Made by a program: the position numbers and the translations under genes
Source: Candidatus Kapaibacterium sp.
Lineage (GTDB): Bacteria; Bacteroidota; Ignavibacteria; Kapaibacteriales; JAEUSM01
Direction: 5' to 3'
NCBI GenBank assembly: GCA_016788785.1
Contig: JAEUSM010000017.1
Span: forward strand, 77,676 to 141,675
DNA length: 64,000 bases
In this document: positions 1-8,468 of the stretch, piece by piece
Layout of the letters: every line of letters begins with the position of its first letter
Numbering within the stretch: position 1 is the stretch's first letter
Notes under the pieces: generated by a model
What the model was told of the DNA's origin: nothing
What the model saw: only the letters and a program-made list of their open reading frames with translations
The model's database searches: none

Positions 1-305
1 AACGGAGTAGATTTTTGGAACACCATCCCTACTTGACGACGTAGTTGAACAACATCAACACTTGGGTTGAATACATCTGTTTCGTCAATGATAATTTTAC
101 CTTGAAATTTTGCAGAGGGTATCAAATCATTCATTCTATTTATCGAACGAAGAAACGTACTTTTTCCACACCCTGAAGGACCAATCAAAGCAGTAACTTG
201 TTTTTCAAGTATATCCATTGAAATATCTTTTAAGGCTTGTTTTGCACCGTAGTAAACACAAAAGTCTGATGCTTTTACTTTTATTTGATTTATTTGTTTT
301 GCCAT
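1..305 (-). CDS. pstB: Phosphate ABC transporter ATP-binding protein (5' part; truncated by window edge)
   Basis: Manual minus-strand translation from ATG at 305: [63 protein letters not shown]...; Walker A motif; directly downstream of pstA. Confidence 0.93.
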   Translation of the reverse strand, partial: MAKQINQIKVKASDFCVYYGAKQALKDISMDILEKQVTALIGPSGCGKSTFLRSINRMNDLIPSAKFQGKIIIDETDVFNPSVDVVQLRRQVGMVFQKSTP

Positions 306-328
306 AATGTTTTACTATAACAAGTATA

Positions 329-1258
329 TCACCCTTGTAGTTGTTTTGTTAATCTTGAACGTATGATTATTGCCGTTAAACTCAGTACAAAGGTTAACAA
401 CAGTAATACTAACGTCGTTGCAAATTGAATAGGAATAGTTTTTTCAACATTCGGAGATTGTGTCGAAAGTACAAAAAGATGATATCCAAGATGCATAAAT
501 TGATCGTTTAATTTATTTGGTAATCCAGGCATTGAATACACCGCTCCAACGAAAATAATTGGAGCAACTTCCCCAGCACCACGTCCAATTGCTAAAATTG
601 ATCCTGTAAGAATACCGGTTAACGAATTTGGAAGAACGATTTTCCAAATTGTTTGAAACTTCGTAGCACCCAATGCTAATGAAGCTTCCCGAAGACTCAC
701 CGGAACTGAACGCAGGGCTTCATTCACTGATATGATGACCACCGGCAATGTTAATACTGCTAAGGTTGCTGAAGCCCAAATAATAGCAGGTTGACCCCAT
801 ATTACCTTTGATGGATTAAATAGTGAATCTAAACCAGCACCAAAAAACTGTATGAAAAAACCTACACCAAAAAGTCCAAAAACAATTGATGGCACTCCTG
901 CTAACGAATTCACTGCAAACAGTATCAATCGAGAAAAGAAACTATTTGGATTGGCATATTCGTTCAAATAAATTGCTGTTATTGTTCCAATTGGAACTCC
1001 CAACATCGTCATAGTTAATACTAACAATGTTGTTCCATAGATTGCAGGAAAAATTCCGCCTTCTTGATTGTTATTTCGAGGTGCTTGGGTAATAAAATCC
1101 CATGACAAACCAGGAACACCTTCAATAACAAAGTTTCCAAGCATCGTCAATAAAAGTCCCAAAACGACAACTACTGCAAAAATAGTAGAAGCAACAGCAA
1201 AAAAGCCAATGAGTTTTTTATTCTGTTGAATCGGCGATGTTATGTTTGTTGCATCCAT
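329..1258 (-). CDS. pstA: Phosphate ABC transporter permease PstA
   Basis: GGIFPAIYGT, LAGVPSIVFGLFG, EASLALGATK and RGAGEVAP motifs; position in pst operon. Confidence 0.93.
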   Translation of the reverse strand: MDATNITSPIQQNKKLIGFFAVASTIFAVVVVLGLLLTMLGNFVIEGVPGLSWDFITQAPRNNNQEGGIFPAIYGTTLLVLTMTMLGVPIGTITAIYLNEYANPNSFFSRLILFAVNSLAGVPSIVFGLFGVGFFIQFFGAGLDSLFNPSKVIWGQPAIIWASATLAVLTLPVVIISVNEALRSVPVSLREASLALGATKFQTIWKIVLPNSLTGILTGSILAIGRGAGEVAPIIFVGAVYSMPGLPNKLNDQFMHLGYHLFVLSTQSPNVEKTIPIQFATTLVLLLLTFVLSLTAIIIRSRLTKQLQG

Positions 1259-1263
1259 TGATA

Positions 1264-2295
1264 TTACCCAACCTTACCTTGAATTTTTTGTAATAATCGG
1301 GTTTTAATATAAAATTCCAAAACGATATTTATTCCAAAACTAATCAAAAAGAGAATACTGCCCAACAAAAACAAAATACCATAGTGATCTGAACCCCAGA
1401 TAACTTCTCCCATTTCTGCACCAATAGTCGCTGCTAAGGTTCGAACAGAACCAGCAGGATTCATAGAAATAAGAGCAGCATTTCCAGTTGCCATAAGTGC
1501 AATCATCGTTTCACCGAATGCACGACCAAACCCTAATAACACTGCAGAAAATACACCAGGAGTAGCAGCAGGAAGCATCACTTTAAACGCTGTTTGCCAT
1601 TCAGTCGCTCCTAATGCTAATGAAGCTTCACGTAATGTCTTAGGCACGGTTTGCAATGCATCATCTGTTATAGTAAAGATTATTGGGATGATTGCAATTG
1701 CTAAACCAATACCACCCACGAGTGCATTTAAACGTAAGTCCAAACCAAATAAATCCTTTGTAAGGGAAGCAATGATGATTAAACAGAAAAAACCAATCAC
1801 AACGGAAGGCATTGACGCTAAAAGCTCAATTGCGGGTTTAATGATATTTCGCCACTTAGCTGATATGAAAAATGATGTACAAATAGCCGCTAGAATCCCC
1901 AAAGGTGCACCTATAAGTAATGCAATGAGGGTGACCTTTAGGGTTCCTATCAATAAGGGCAAAACACCATATTTTGGGTTATCGCCTACTGGTTGCCACA
2001 CTGAATCAAAAAATGTATCCCATACCGTTATAGAAGTTTTAGAAGATTCTTTTTTCAAAGCTTCTTTAACCTTTAACGTTCCAGATTCTGGATTATACAC
2101 TTTGGGAGCAGAATATACTTGAGTGGAAACTGTTGAATTTTTAGATTGAAATAACGAGAAAGACTCTCGAAATACAAACAAGAATATCAAAAATATCAGT
2201 ATTATCGATAAACTTGCAACAGATTTTATCACAAATTCGATAGTGGTTTCGAACCAACGATTTTCTTTTTTGACTAAAAGACTTGTTTTATTCAT
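1264..2295 (-). CDS. pstC: Phosphate ABC transporter permease PstC
   Basis: KYGVLPLLIGTLK, ELLASMPSVVIG, EASLALGATEWQT and RAFGETM motifs. Confidence 0.93.
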   Translation of the reverse strand: MNKTSLLVKKENRWFETTIEFVIKSVASLSIILIFLIFLFVFRESFSLFQSKNSTVSTQVYSAPKVYNPESGTLKVKEALKKESSKTSITVWDTFFDSVWQPVGDNPKYGVLPLLIGTLKVTLIALLIGAPLGILAAICTSFFISAKWRNIIKPAIELLASMPSVVIGFFCLIIIASLTKDLFGLDLRLNALVGGIGLAIAIIPIIFTITDDALQTVPKTLREASLALGATEWQTAFKVMLPAATPGVFSAVLLGFGRAFGETMIALMATGNAALISMNPAGSVRTLAATIGAEMGEVIWGSDHYGILFLLGSILFLISFGINIVLEFYIKTRLLQKIQGKVG

Positions 2296-3127
2296 GTTCT
2301 TTCAATTTCACAGGGTAATAACCAGCCTTATTGACAATAGATTGTCCTTGAGGAGTTAATATCCAATCTATAAATTTTTTGGTCTCACCTTTAGGATCTT
2401 CACGAAGATAGAAAAATAAAAATCTAGAAACTGGGTAGGTTGCATTACCAATAGTTTCTTTCGTAGGAAGATAATATTGGCTTGTGTCTGATTCAGCGAG
2501 AGCAACTACAGAAATTCCTTCTGAAAACGCTGCACTGCTGAACCCAATACCATAAGGATCTTTGCTCACAGCACTTATTAAAGCTGAAGTACCGACTAAA
2601 TTTTGAGCATTTGCAGCAAAATCCTTTTTTTGCAAAACTTTTTCTTTAAAAAATTCATACGTACCAGAACTATTTTCTCTGCTATAGAGAATTATAGGTT
2701 CATCTGGTCCACCAAGTTCTTTCCAAGAAGTTATTTCACCTATAAAAATCTTTTCTACTTGTTTAATTGTCAACTTTTTGATAGGATTGTCTTTATGAAC
2801 ATAAACCGCAATACCATCGGTTGCGACTCGAACTTCTACACCAGAAGTTTGATGTAATTCATTAAGTTTTGTGATTTCTTTTTTCTTTATCGGGCGAGAT
2901 GCTGAACATATATCTGTTGTTGCATTTAACAATGCAGCAATCCCAACACCTGAACCACCGCCAGTTACTTGAAATTGAACTGCAGATTTGTTAGGGTAAA
3001 ACTCCGTCCATAACTGAACCAACATAACCATCGTGTCGGAGCCTTTGATGGTAATACGGTTCTCATTTGGTTGAGAACAGTTCACTAACAACAGTGAAAG
3101 AATTAGTAAAAGAAATGTATATTTCAC
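2288..3127 (-). CDS. pstS: Phosphate-binding lipoprotein PstS (likely GTG start at 3127; ORF track extends to 3208)
   Basis: Lipobox LVNC; KGSDT, GGGSGVG, SASR and RENSSGT motifs; a TATATTTG element at 3174-3181 lies inside the longer ORF, which favours the later start. Confidence 0.92.
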   Translation of the reverse strand: MKYTFLLLILSLLLVNCSQPNENRITIKGSDTMVMLVQLWTEFYPNKSAVQFQVTGGGSGVGIAALLNATTDICSASRPIKKKEITKLNELHQTSGVEVRVATDGIAVYVHKDNPIKKLTIKQVEKIFIGEITSWKELGGPDEPIILYSRENSSGTYEFFKEKVLQKKDFAANAQNLVGTSALISAVSKDPYGIGFSSAAFSEGISVVALAESDTSQYYLPTKETIGNATYPVSRFLFFYLREDPKGETKKFIDWILTPQGQSIVNKAGYYPVKLKEHE

Positions 3128-3173
3128 GGAAAAATGTCTAAATAAGGAAAGAGGTAATTTCTCGTTTTGAGTA

Positions 3174-3181
3174 CAAATATA
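3174..3181 (-). promoter_or_regulatory. Bacteroidota-type -7 promoter element (TATATTTG) for pstSCAB
   Basis: Matches TAnnTTTG consensus; the same octamer occurs upstream of the TonB receptor at 43926-43933. Confidence 0.5.
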
Positions 3182-3359
3182 AATCACCAACACGAAAAAG
3201 TTATGCAATTTGCAATAATATTGAGAAAATACCTAATTACCATTTGTTAACAAAATTTGAAACGATTCTCAATCAAGAATTCTTATTGGTAGTTATAAAG
3301 TGCAAAAGATTTAGTAAATTCGCTATTATAAGAATTTCTATTTACATTCATTGAGTACT

Positions 3360-5879
3360 ATGGCAGCAAAAGTTCGTACATCAACTAAAGCGAAACAACA
3401 ACAAGATTCTGCACCGTGGATTCCAGAACGGTATGCTGATATTATCTGTATAATCGCCTTATCAATTTCAGTCTTTATCTTTCTTTTTCCTGCGACAATT
3501 GGGTCAGGTTCATTTGCATCTGCCGATAATATAGCTTCCGAAAGTTTTAAACCCTATGTCGAACAATCAACACAACGTGGTGAGTTTCCTCAATGGATGC
3601 CATATATTTTTAGCGGTTTGCCAAGCTATGCTTCGTTATTAGTCACTGGAGACCGTTGGTGGGATGTGGTTAATAACTTTTTTGGGGGTATTCCAACTAC
3701 TGTTGCGAAGATATTTCCTGGTTCTGCAACATGGGTAGCTATTTATTATATTATCTATGGTTTGGGAATTTTTCTGTTGTTACGTTCCAAAAAGCTTGAT
3801 AGAACTTCTTCCTTTTTTGGTGCTTTCTCGGCAATGTTTTCGACCTTTATTATCGTTTTGGTTATCATAGGTCATAATACAAAGATACCAACAATGGCAA
3901 TGGCACCTTACATACTATGGAGTTTAGAAAAGTTGCGAGAAAAATTCTCCATCAAATACCTTGTATTTTTGACAGTTGCAATGCAATTACTCTTTGCACC
4001 ATCTCACTTGCAAGTGGTATTTTATGTGTTTTGCATGATTGGTTTTTACTTTCTTTTTGAACTTGTTTCAAGAGTTATTAAAAAAGATGACCCCATTAGC
4101 GTTTTTCGCCCATTAGGACTACTCGTTGTCGCAGGAGCCTTAGCGTTCGCAACTTCATCCGATAGATTCCTTTCTACCCAAGAATATACCCCTTATTCCA
4201 TCCGAGGCTCTGCACCAATCGTACAAAACGACCAAACTAAACAAGACAAATCAGGTGGATTGGATTATAACTATGCAACGAATTTTTCTTTTAGTCCCGG
4301 TGAAGTGCTTACTTGGTTTGTGCCGAATTTTTATGGTTATGGAAAGTTAGCATATAAAGGACCAGAGACTGGAAATCAAGAACGTCATATCCCAACTTAT
4401 TTTGGTCAGATGCCATTTACAGATGCTGCTCAATACCTTGGAATATTCGTATTAGCATTAGCTATTTTTGGTGCCATCACTCGAAGAAATGATACGTTTG
4501 TGCAATTTTTGGCTGGTGTTAGTCTATTTGGTTTACTCCTATCCTTTGGTAAAAATTTCTCGTTGGTTTACGATTTCTTTTACTACTACGTTCCATACTT
4601 CAACAAGTTCAGAGCTCCTGCAATGGCATTGATGATACCGCAATTTACCATACCATTATTAGCAGGATTTGGATTAGCTACGGCTATTCAATGGAGACCC
4701 AATTTGCAAGAGTCACAGAAAAAACTACTCTATGGACTTGTAGGATTTTTTGGACTTTTCTTAGTAATTGGTCTTGGGTACGCAGCAGTTGGAGAAACTG
4801 GATATTTGAGTGATATTGCAAAATCACAAAATGCTGGTCAACTTCCTGCAAGTATCCATAAATTCATTTGGTCGCAAATGATATCTGATTGGTTTGTTAC
4901 TGCATTTATCGGGTTACTTTCTGCGGGAACCTTGCTGTGGTTTGTGCTTGGGAAAATGCAAAAAAATGTTTTTGTGTTAGTGATTTTGGTTCTTTTGGTG
5001 ACGGATTTGTGGCGAGTTGCTTATCGTGCAATGGAAGTAAGTGACAAAAAAACGTCTCAATCGACATTCAGAACTACTGATGCAATTCAGTTTTTACAAA
5101 AAGACAAATCCCTATTCCGTATAGCAGATTTTAATGCGTTTGAATCTCCGAATGCAGCTGCTTATTTTGGTTTACAAAATGTTCATGGATATCACCCTGC
5201 AAAACTTCGTGTGTATCAAGATTTGCTAGATGTCGCTGGTAAAGGTCAAGGTCAAGTCATTCTCAATCCGTTTTTACATAAATTAATGAATGTCAAGTAC
5301 TTACTTGCTTCTCAAGATATTGGATTAGGAGCAGCAACGTTTACTTCGCAAGAGTCTCCTGTTCGCATCTATGAAAATCCCGAAGTATTACCAAGAGCAT
5401 TCTTTGTTCAATCCGTTCAAGTGGCGGATAAATTGACAATTTTGAAAAATTTAGAGGCTGGTAATTTTGACCCTCAAATGGTAGCGTTTGTTGAAGAAAA
5501 ACTCCCTTCGACAATTGATTCGGCAATTTCTACCAACACAGTAAAACCTCTACGTTTTGAAAATGAAAAAATCGCATTTGAAGTGGAAGCTGCTGGAAAT
5601 AATTTGCTCTTTATGAGTGAAGTATACTATCCACAAGGGTGGACTGTTACTATTGATGGACAAAAATCAGAATTTTATAAAACAAATTTTGCATTCCGAT
5701 CTGTCATTGTTCCGAAGGGCAAACATATTGTAGAATTTACATTTGACTCGCCACAATTTGAGCTTGGGAAAAAGCTTTCAATGGGCGCTAATGGTATTAT
5801 CCTCTTAGGTTTATTGTTTGTTATAGGTCAGTTCTTTATGAATCGTAAAAAACAAGATACTATACCAGACAAAGAATAA
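3360..5879 (+). CDS. YfhO-family polytopic membrane protein (GT-C-like glycosyltransferase)
   Basis: PQWMPYIFSGLP N-terminal motif, many TM segments, GYHPAKL, C-terminal SEVYYPQGW...VPKGKHIVEFTF typical of YfhO. Confidence 0.8.
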   Translation: MAAKVRTSTKAKQQQDSAPWIPERYADIICIIALSISVFIFLFPATIGSGSFASADNIASESFKPYVEQSTQRGEFPQWMPYIFSGLPSYASLLVTGDRWWDVVNNFFGGIPTTVAKIFPGSATWVAIYYIIYGLGIFLLLRSKKLDRTSSFFGAFSAMFSTFIIVLVIIGHNTKIPTMAMAPYILWSLEKLREKFSIKYLVFLTVAMQLLFAPSHLQVVFYVFCMIGFYFLFELVSRVIKKDDPISVFRPLGLLVVAGALAFATSSDRFLSTQEYTPYSIRGSAPIVQNDQTKQDKSGGLDYNYATNFSFSPGEVLTWFVPNFYGYGKLAYKGPETGNQERHIPTYFGQMPFTDAAQYLGIFVLALAIFGAITRRNDTFVQFLAGVSLFGLLLSFGKNFSLVYDFFYYYVPYFNKFRAPAMALMIPQFTIPLLAGFGLATAIQWRPNLQESQKKLLYGLVGFFGLFLVIGLGYAAVGETGYLSDIAKSQNAGQLPASIHKFIWSQMISDWFVTAFIGLLSAGTLLWFVLGKMQKNVFVLVILVLLVTDLWRVAYRAMEVSDKKTSQSTFRTTDAIQFLQKDKSLFRIADFNAFESPNAAAYFGLQNVHGYHPAKLRVYQDLLDVAGKGQGQVILNPFLHKLMNVKYLLASQDIGLGAATFTSQESPVRIYENPEVLPRAFFVQSVQVADKLTILKNLEAGNFDPQMVAFVEEKLPSTIDSAISTNTVKPLRFENEKIAFEVEAAGNNLLFMSEVYYPQGWTVTIDGQKSEFYKTNFAFRSVIVPKGKHIVEFTFDSPQFELGKKLSMGANGIILLGLLFVIGQFFMNRKKQDTIPDKE

Positions 5880-5897
5880 AGAGCAGTATCTCTAAAC

Positions 5898-5939
5898 AAA
5901 AAAAAGGAAGGTTACTAGTGGTTACCTTCCTTTTTTTTT
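5898..5939. terminator. Bidirectional intrinsic terminator between convergent yfhO-like gene and coaE
   Basis: A8-GGAAGGT...ACCTTCC-T9 hairpin. Confidence 0.85.
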
Positions 5940-5942
5940 ATG

Positions 5943-6596
5943 TTATTCTTCTATTTCATCTTCGTTTTCATCATCTGGCTTGTCAAATGATTTTGGTGGA
6001 AGCGTTGGTAAAATAGATAGCAAAAAATCTAAGGTTTTGTGTAGTTCTTGAACACCCTTGTTATTATCTACAACAAAATCAGCTTGTTGAACCTTCCATT
6101 TTTGGGATAGTTGAGCATTCATTCGTTCCATTATGGATTCTCGAGATTCACCTGAACGCTCCATCACCCTTGTAATCCTTGTTTCATCTGTTGCATCAAC
6201 AACCAGCACATAATCGAAGCCTTCTTCTAATGACACCTCATACAACAATGCGGATTCGACAAAAACGATAGAAACACCGTTTTTTTCAAATTCCTCTACT
6301 TGTTCCATCATTTTTGCTATTGTTCGAGGATGAACTAATGAATTAACAAACTCCCTATTGCTTTCGTTTTCTTTTCCGAATAGTTTTTTTGCCAAAAAAG
6401 GAGCATTAATACTTCCATTTTCTATTACTTCTTTTCCGAATTTTTCTACCAATTTGTTTTGGAGTTCTTTATCGGAATTCATTATATGTTTTGCATTTTC
6501 ATCTGAGGAGATAAAAGCAAAACCCTTTGATTTGACATACGACCCAACGGTGGATTTACCAGTTCCAATACCACCTGTTATTCCAACTACTATCAT
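5943..6596 (-). CDS. coaE: Dephospho-CoA kinase
   Basis: MIVVGITGGIGTGKS P-loop, LVHP, ESALLYE, RMNAQ. Confidence 0.93.
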   Translation of the reverse strand: MIVVGITGGIGTGKSTVGSYVKSKGFAFISSDENAKHIMNSDKELQNKLVEKFGKEVIENGSINAPFLAKKLFGKENESNREFVNSLVHPRTIAKMMEQVEEFEKNGVSIVFVESALLYEVSLEEGFDYVLVVDATDETRITRVMERSGESRESIMERMNAQLSQKWKVQQADFVVDNNKGVQELHKTLDFLLSILPTLPPKSFDKPDDENEDEIEE

Positions 6597-8455
6597 GCTA
6601 TTTCTTCTTCGTTTTCATTTGTAGAAGCAAAATATTCTTGTAATAATTTTGCTGTTTTTTTACCAATTGCAACTTCTATTTGGGCAGGCTCTGCTTCTCG
6701 AACTCCTTGTACAGAGCCAAATTTTGTCAGTAATTTTGTGGCAGTTTTTTCGCCAATTCCTGGAACTGAGGTTAATTCTGTTTGTAAAGTTCGTTTATCT
6801 CGCAATGACCGATGATAGGTAATCGCAAATCTGTGGGCTTCATCACGAAGATGTTGCAACAACTTCAACGAACTACTCGTTTTTGGAAGTAGAACCGAAT
6901 CAGATTGAAATGGGAAAAACAATTCTTCTAAGCGTTTTGCAATACCAATAACAGTAATTTTTGGGAAAACACCTAATTCTGTCAGTACTTCCACAGCAGA
7001 AGAAAGTTGCCCTTTCCCACCATCAACCATAATCAAATCTGGCAAGTCTTTGTTTTCACGTAACAAGCGAGAGTATCGCCGATGAAGAACCTCTTTCATC
7101 GAAGTAAAATCATCGTTTTTGTCTATGAGTTTGAACTTTCTATACTCAGATTTTCGGGGTTTTCCATCAACAAATACAACTAATGAAGAAACCAAATCCG
7201 TTCCTTGCATATGCGAATTGTCAAAACATTCAATCCATCTTGGTATTTTGTCTAACCGTAAATCTCTTTGCAATGATAAAACTGCTCTTGGAACTACTTG
7301 TTGAGTTTTTTCTTTTTGAATTTGTAACTCACGTAACACAAAATCAGCATTTGTTGTCGCCAAAGAAACTAATTTTTTCTTATCACCAATCATTGGAACA
7401 GTAATACTCAAACTACTACCTTTTCTGCTTTTGAGCCATCTATCCAAAAATTCAACATCCTGTGGTTCATTGGGCAAACAAATTTCTGATGGAATGAAAT
7501 CATTTTCACAGTACCATATTTCTACTACCGATTGAATGATTTCTTCATTCGTTCTGTCCGATGCATTTGATAGGAGAAAGTGTTGTTTGCTGACTAATTT
7601 TCCATCTCGAATTGAAAGAATAACAGTACAAACATTGGTATCATCTCTGGAAATTGCGAAGACATCTCTATCAATTGCATCCGTTGTCACTACTTTTTGT
7701 TTGCTTTGATAATCCTTAAGTTGTTGCAACCTATTTCGCAATCTGGCAGCTTCTTCAAACTCAAACTTTTCGGCTTTTTCATACATTTGTTCCGATATAT
7801 GTGCCTCTAATTCTTTCGTTTTGCCATTCAGTACTTGCATCGCTTGTTTGATGTACTGATTATACTCAGAAGACTCAATAAGCCCCTCACAAGGTCCATC
7901 GCATTTTTTTATATGATAATCCAAACAAACCTTATATTTACCACGTTGAATGGAAGCTTCCGTTAAAGGCAAATCGCAGCTTCTAAATGGGAATAGTGTA
8001 CGCAGTGTTTTCATCAGATATTTCAAATATCGTAAGTCAGTATAGGGACCAAAATATTTACTTCCATCTCGAAGTATTTTCCGAGTGGGGAATATTTTTG
8101 GATACAACTCATTGGTAATGCGAATATATGGGAACGATTTATCGTCTTTGAGCAAGATATTGTATTTTGGCTTATGCTCTTTAATAAGAACATTTTCCAA
8201 AATAAGTGCTTCAGCTTCTGTATCGGTAACGATTATATCAATATCGACTATATGGGTTACTAATGCCTTTGTTTTAGCATCAGCATAACGATTTCCCTGA
8301 AAATATTGACGTACTCTATTGCGTAAGGATTTGGCTTTCCCAACGTAAATGATTTTGTTGTCACTATTTTTAAATTGATAGATACCGGGTGATGTTGGAA
8401 GTCGTTGTAGTTTTTCTTCCAATACATTGCGAACGGTTATTTCTTCAGAATCCAT
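6593..8455 (-). CDS. uvrC: Excinuclease ABC subunit C
   Basis: GIY-YIG (PGIYQF...IYVGKAK), UVR domain, ECFDNSH, DGGKGQL, RDEAHRFA, C-terminal HhH. Confidence 0.97.
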   Translation of the reverse strand: MDSEEITVRNVLEEKLQRLPTSPGIYQFKNSDNKIIYVGKAKSLRNRVRQYFQGNRYADAKTKALVTHIVDIDIIVTDTEAEALILENVLIKEHKPKYNILLKDDKSFPYIRITNELYPKIFPTRKILRDGSKYFGPYTDLRYLKYLMKTLRTLFPFRSCDLPLTEASIQRGKYKVCLDYHIKKCDGPCEGLIESSEYNQYIKQAMQVLNGKTKELEAHISEQMYEKAEKFEFEEAARLRNRLQQLKDYQSKQKVVTTDAIDRDVFAISRDDTNVCTVILSIRDGKLVSKQHFLLSNASDRTNEEIIQSVVEIWYCENDFIPSEICLPNEPQDVEFLDRWLKSRKGSSLSITVPMIGDKKKLVSLATTNADFVLRELQIQKEKTQQVVPRAVLSLQRDLRLDKIPRWIECFDNSHMQGTDLVSSLVVFVDGKPRKSEYRKFKLIDKNDDFTSMKEVLHRRYSRLLRENKDLPDLIMVDGGKGQLSSAVEVLTELGVFPKITVIGIAKRLEELFFPFQSDSVLLPKTSSSLKLLQHLRDEAHRFAITYHRSLRDKRTLQTELTSVPGIGEKTATKLLTKFGSVQGVREAEPAQIEVAIGKKTAKLLQEYFASTNENEEEIA

Positions 8456-8468
8456 TTATGAGTACGTG

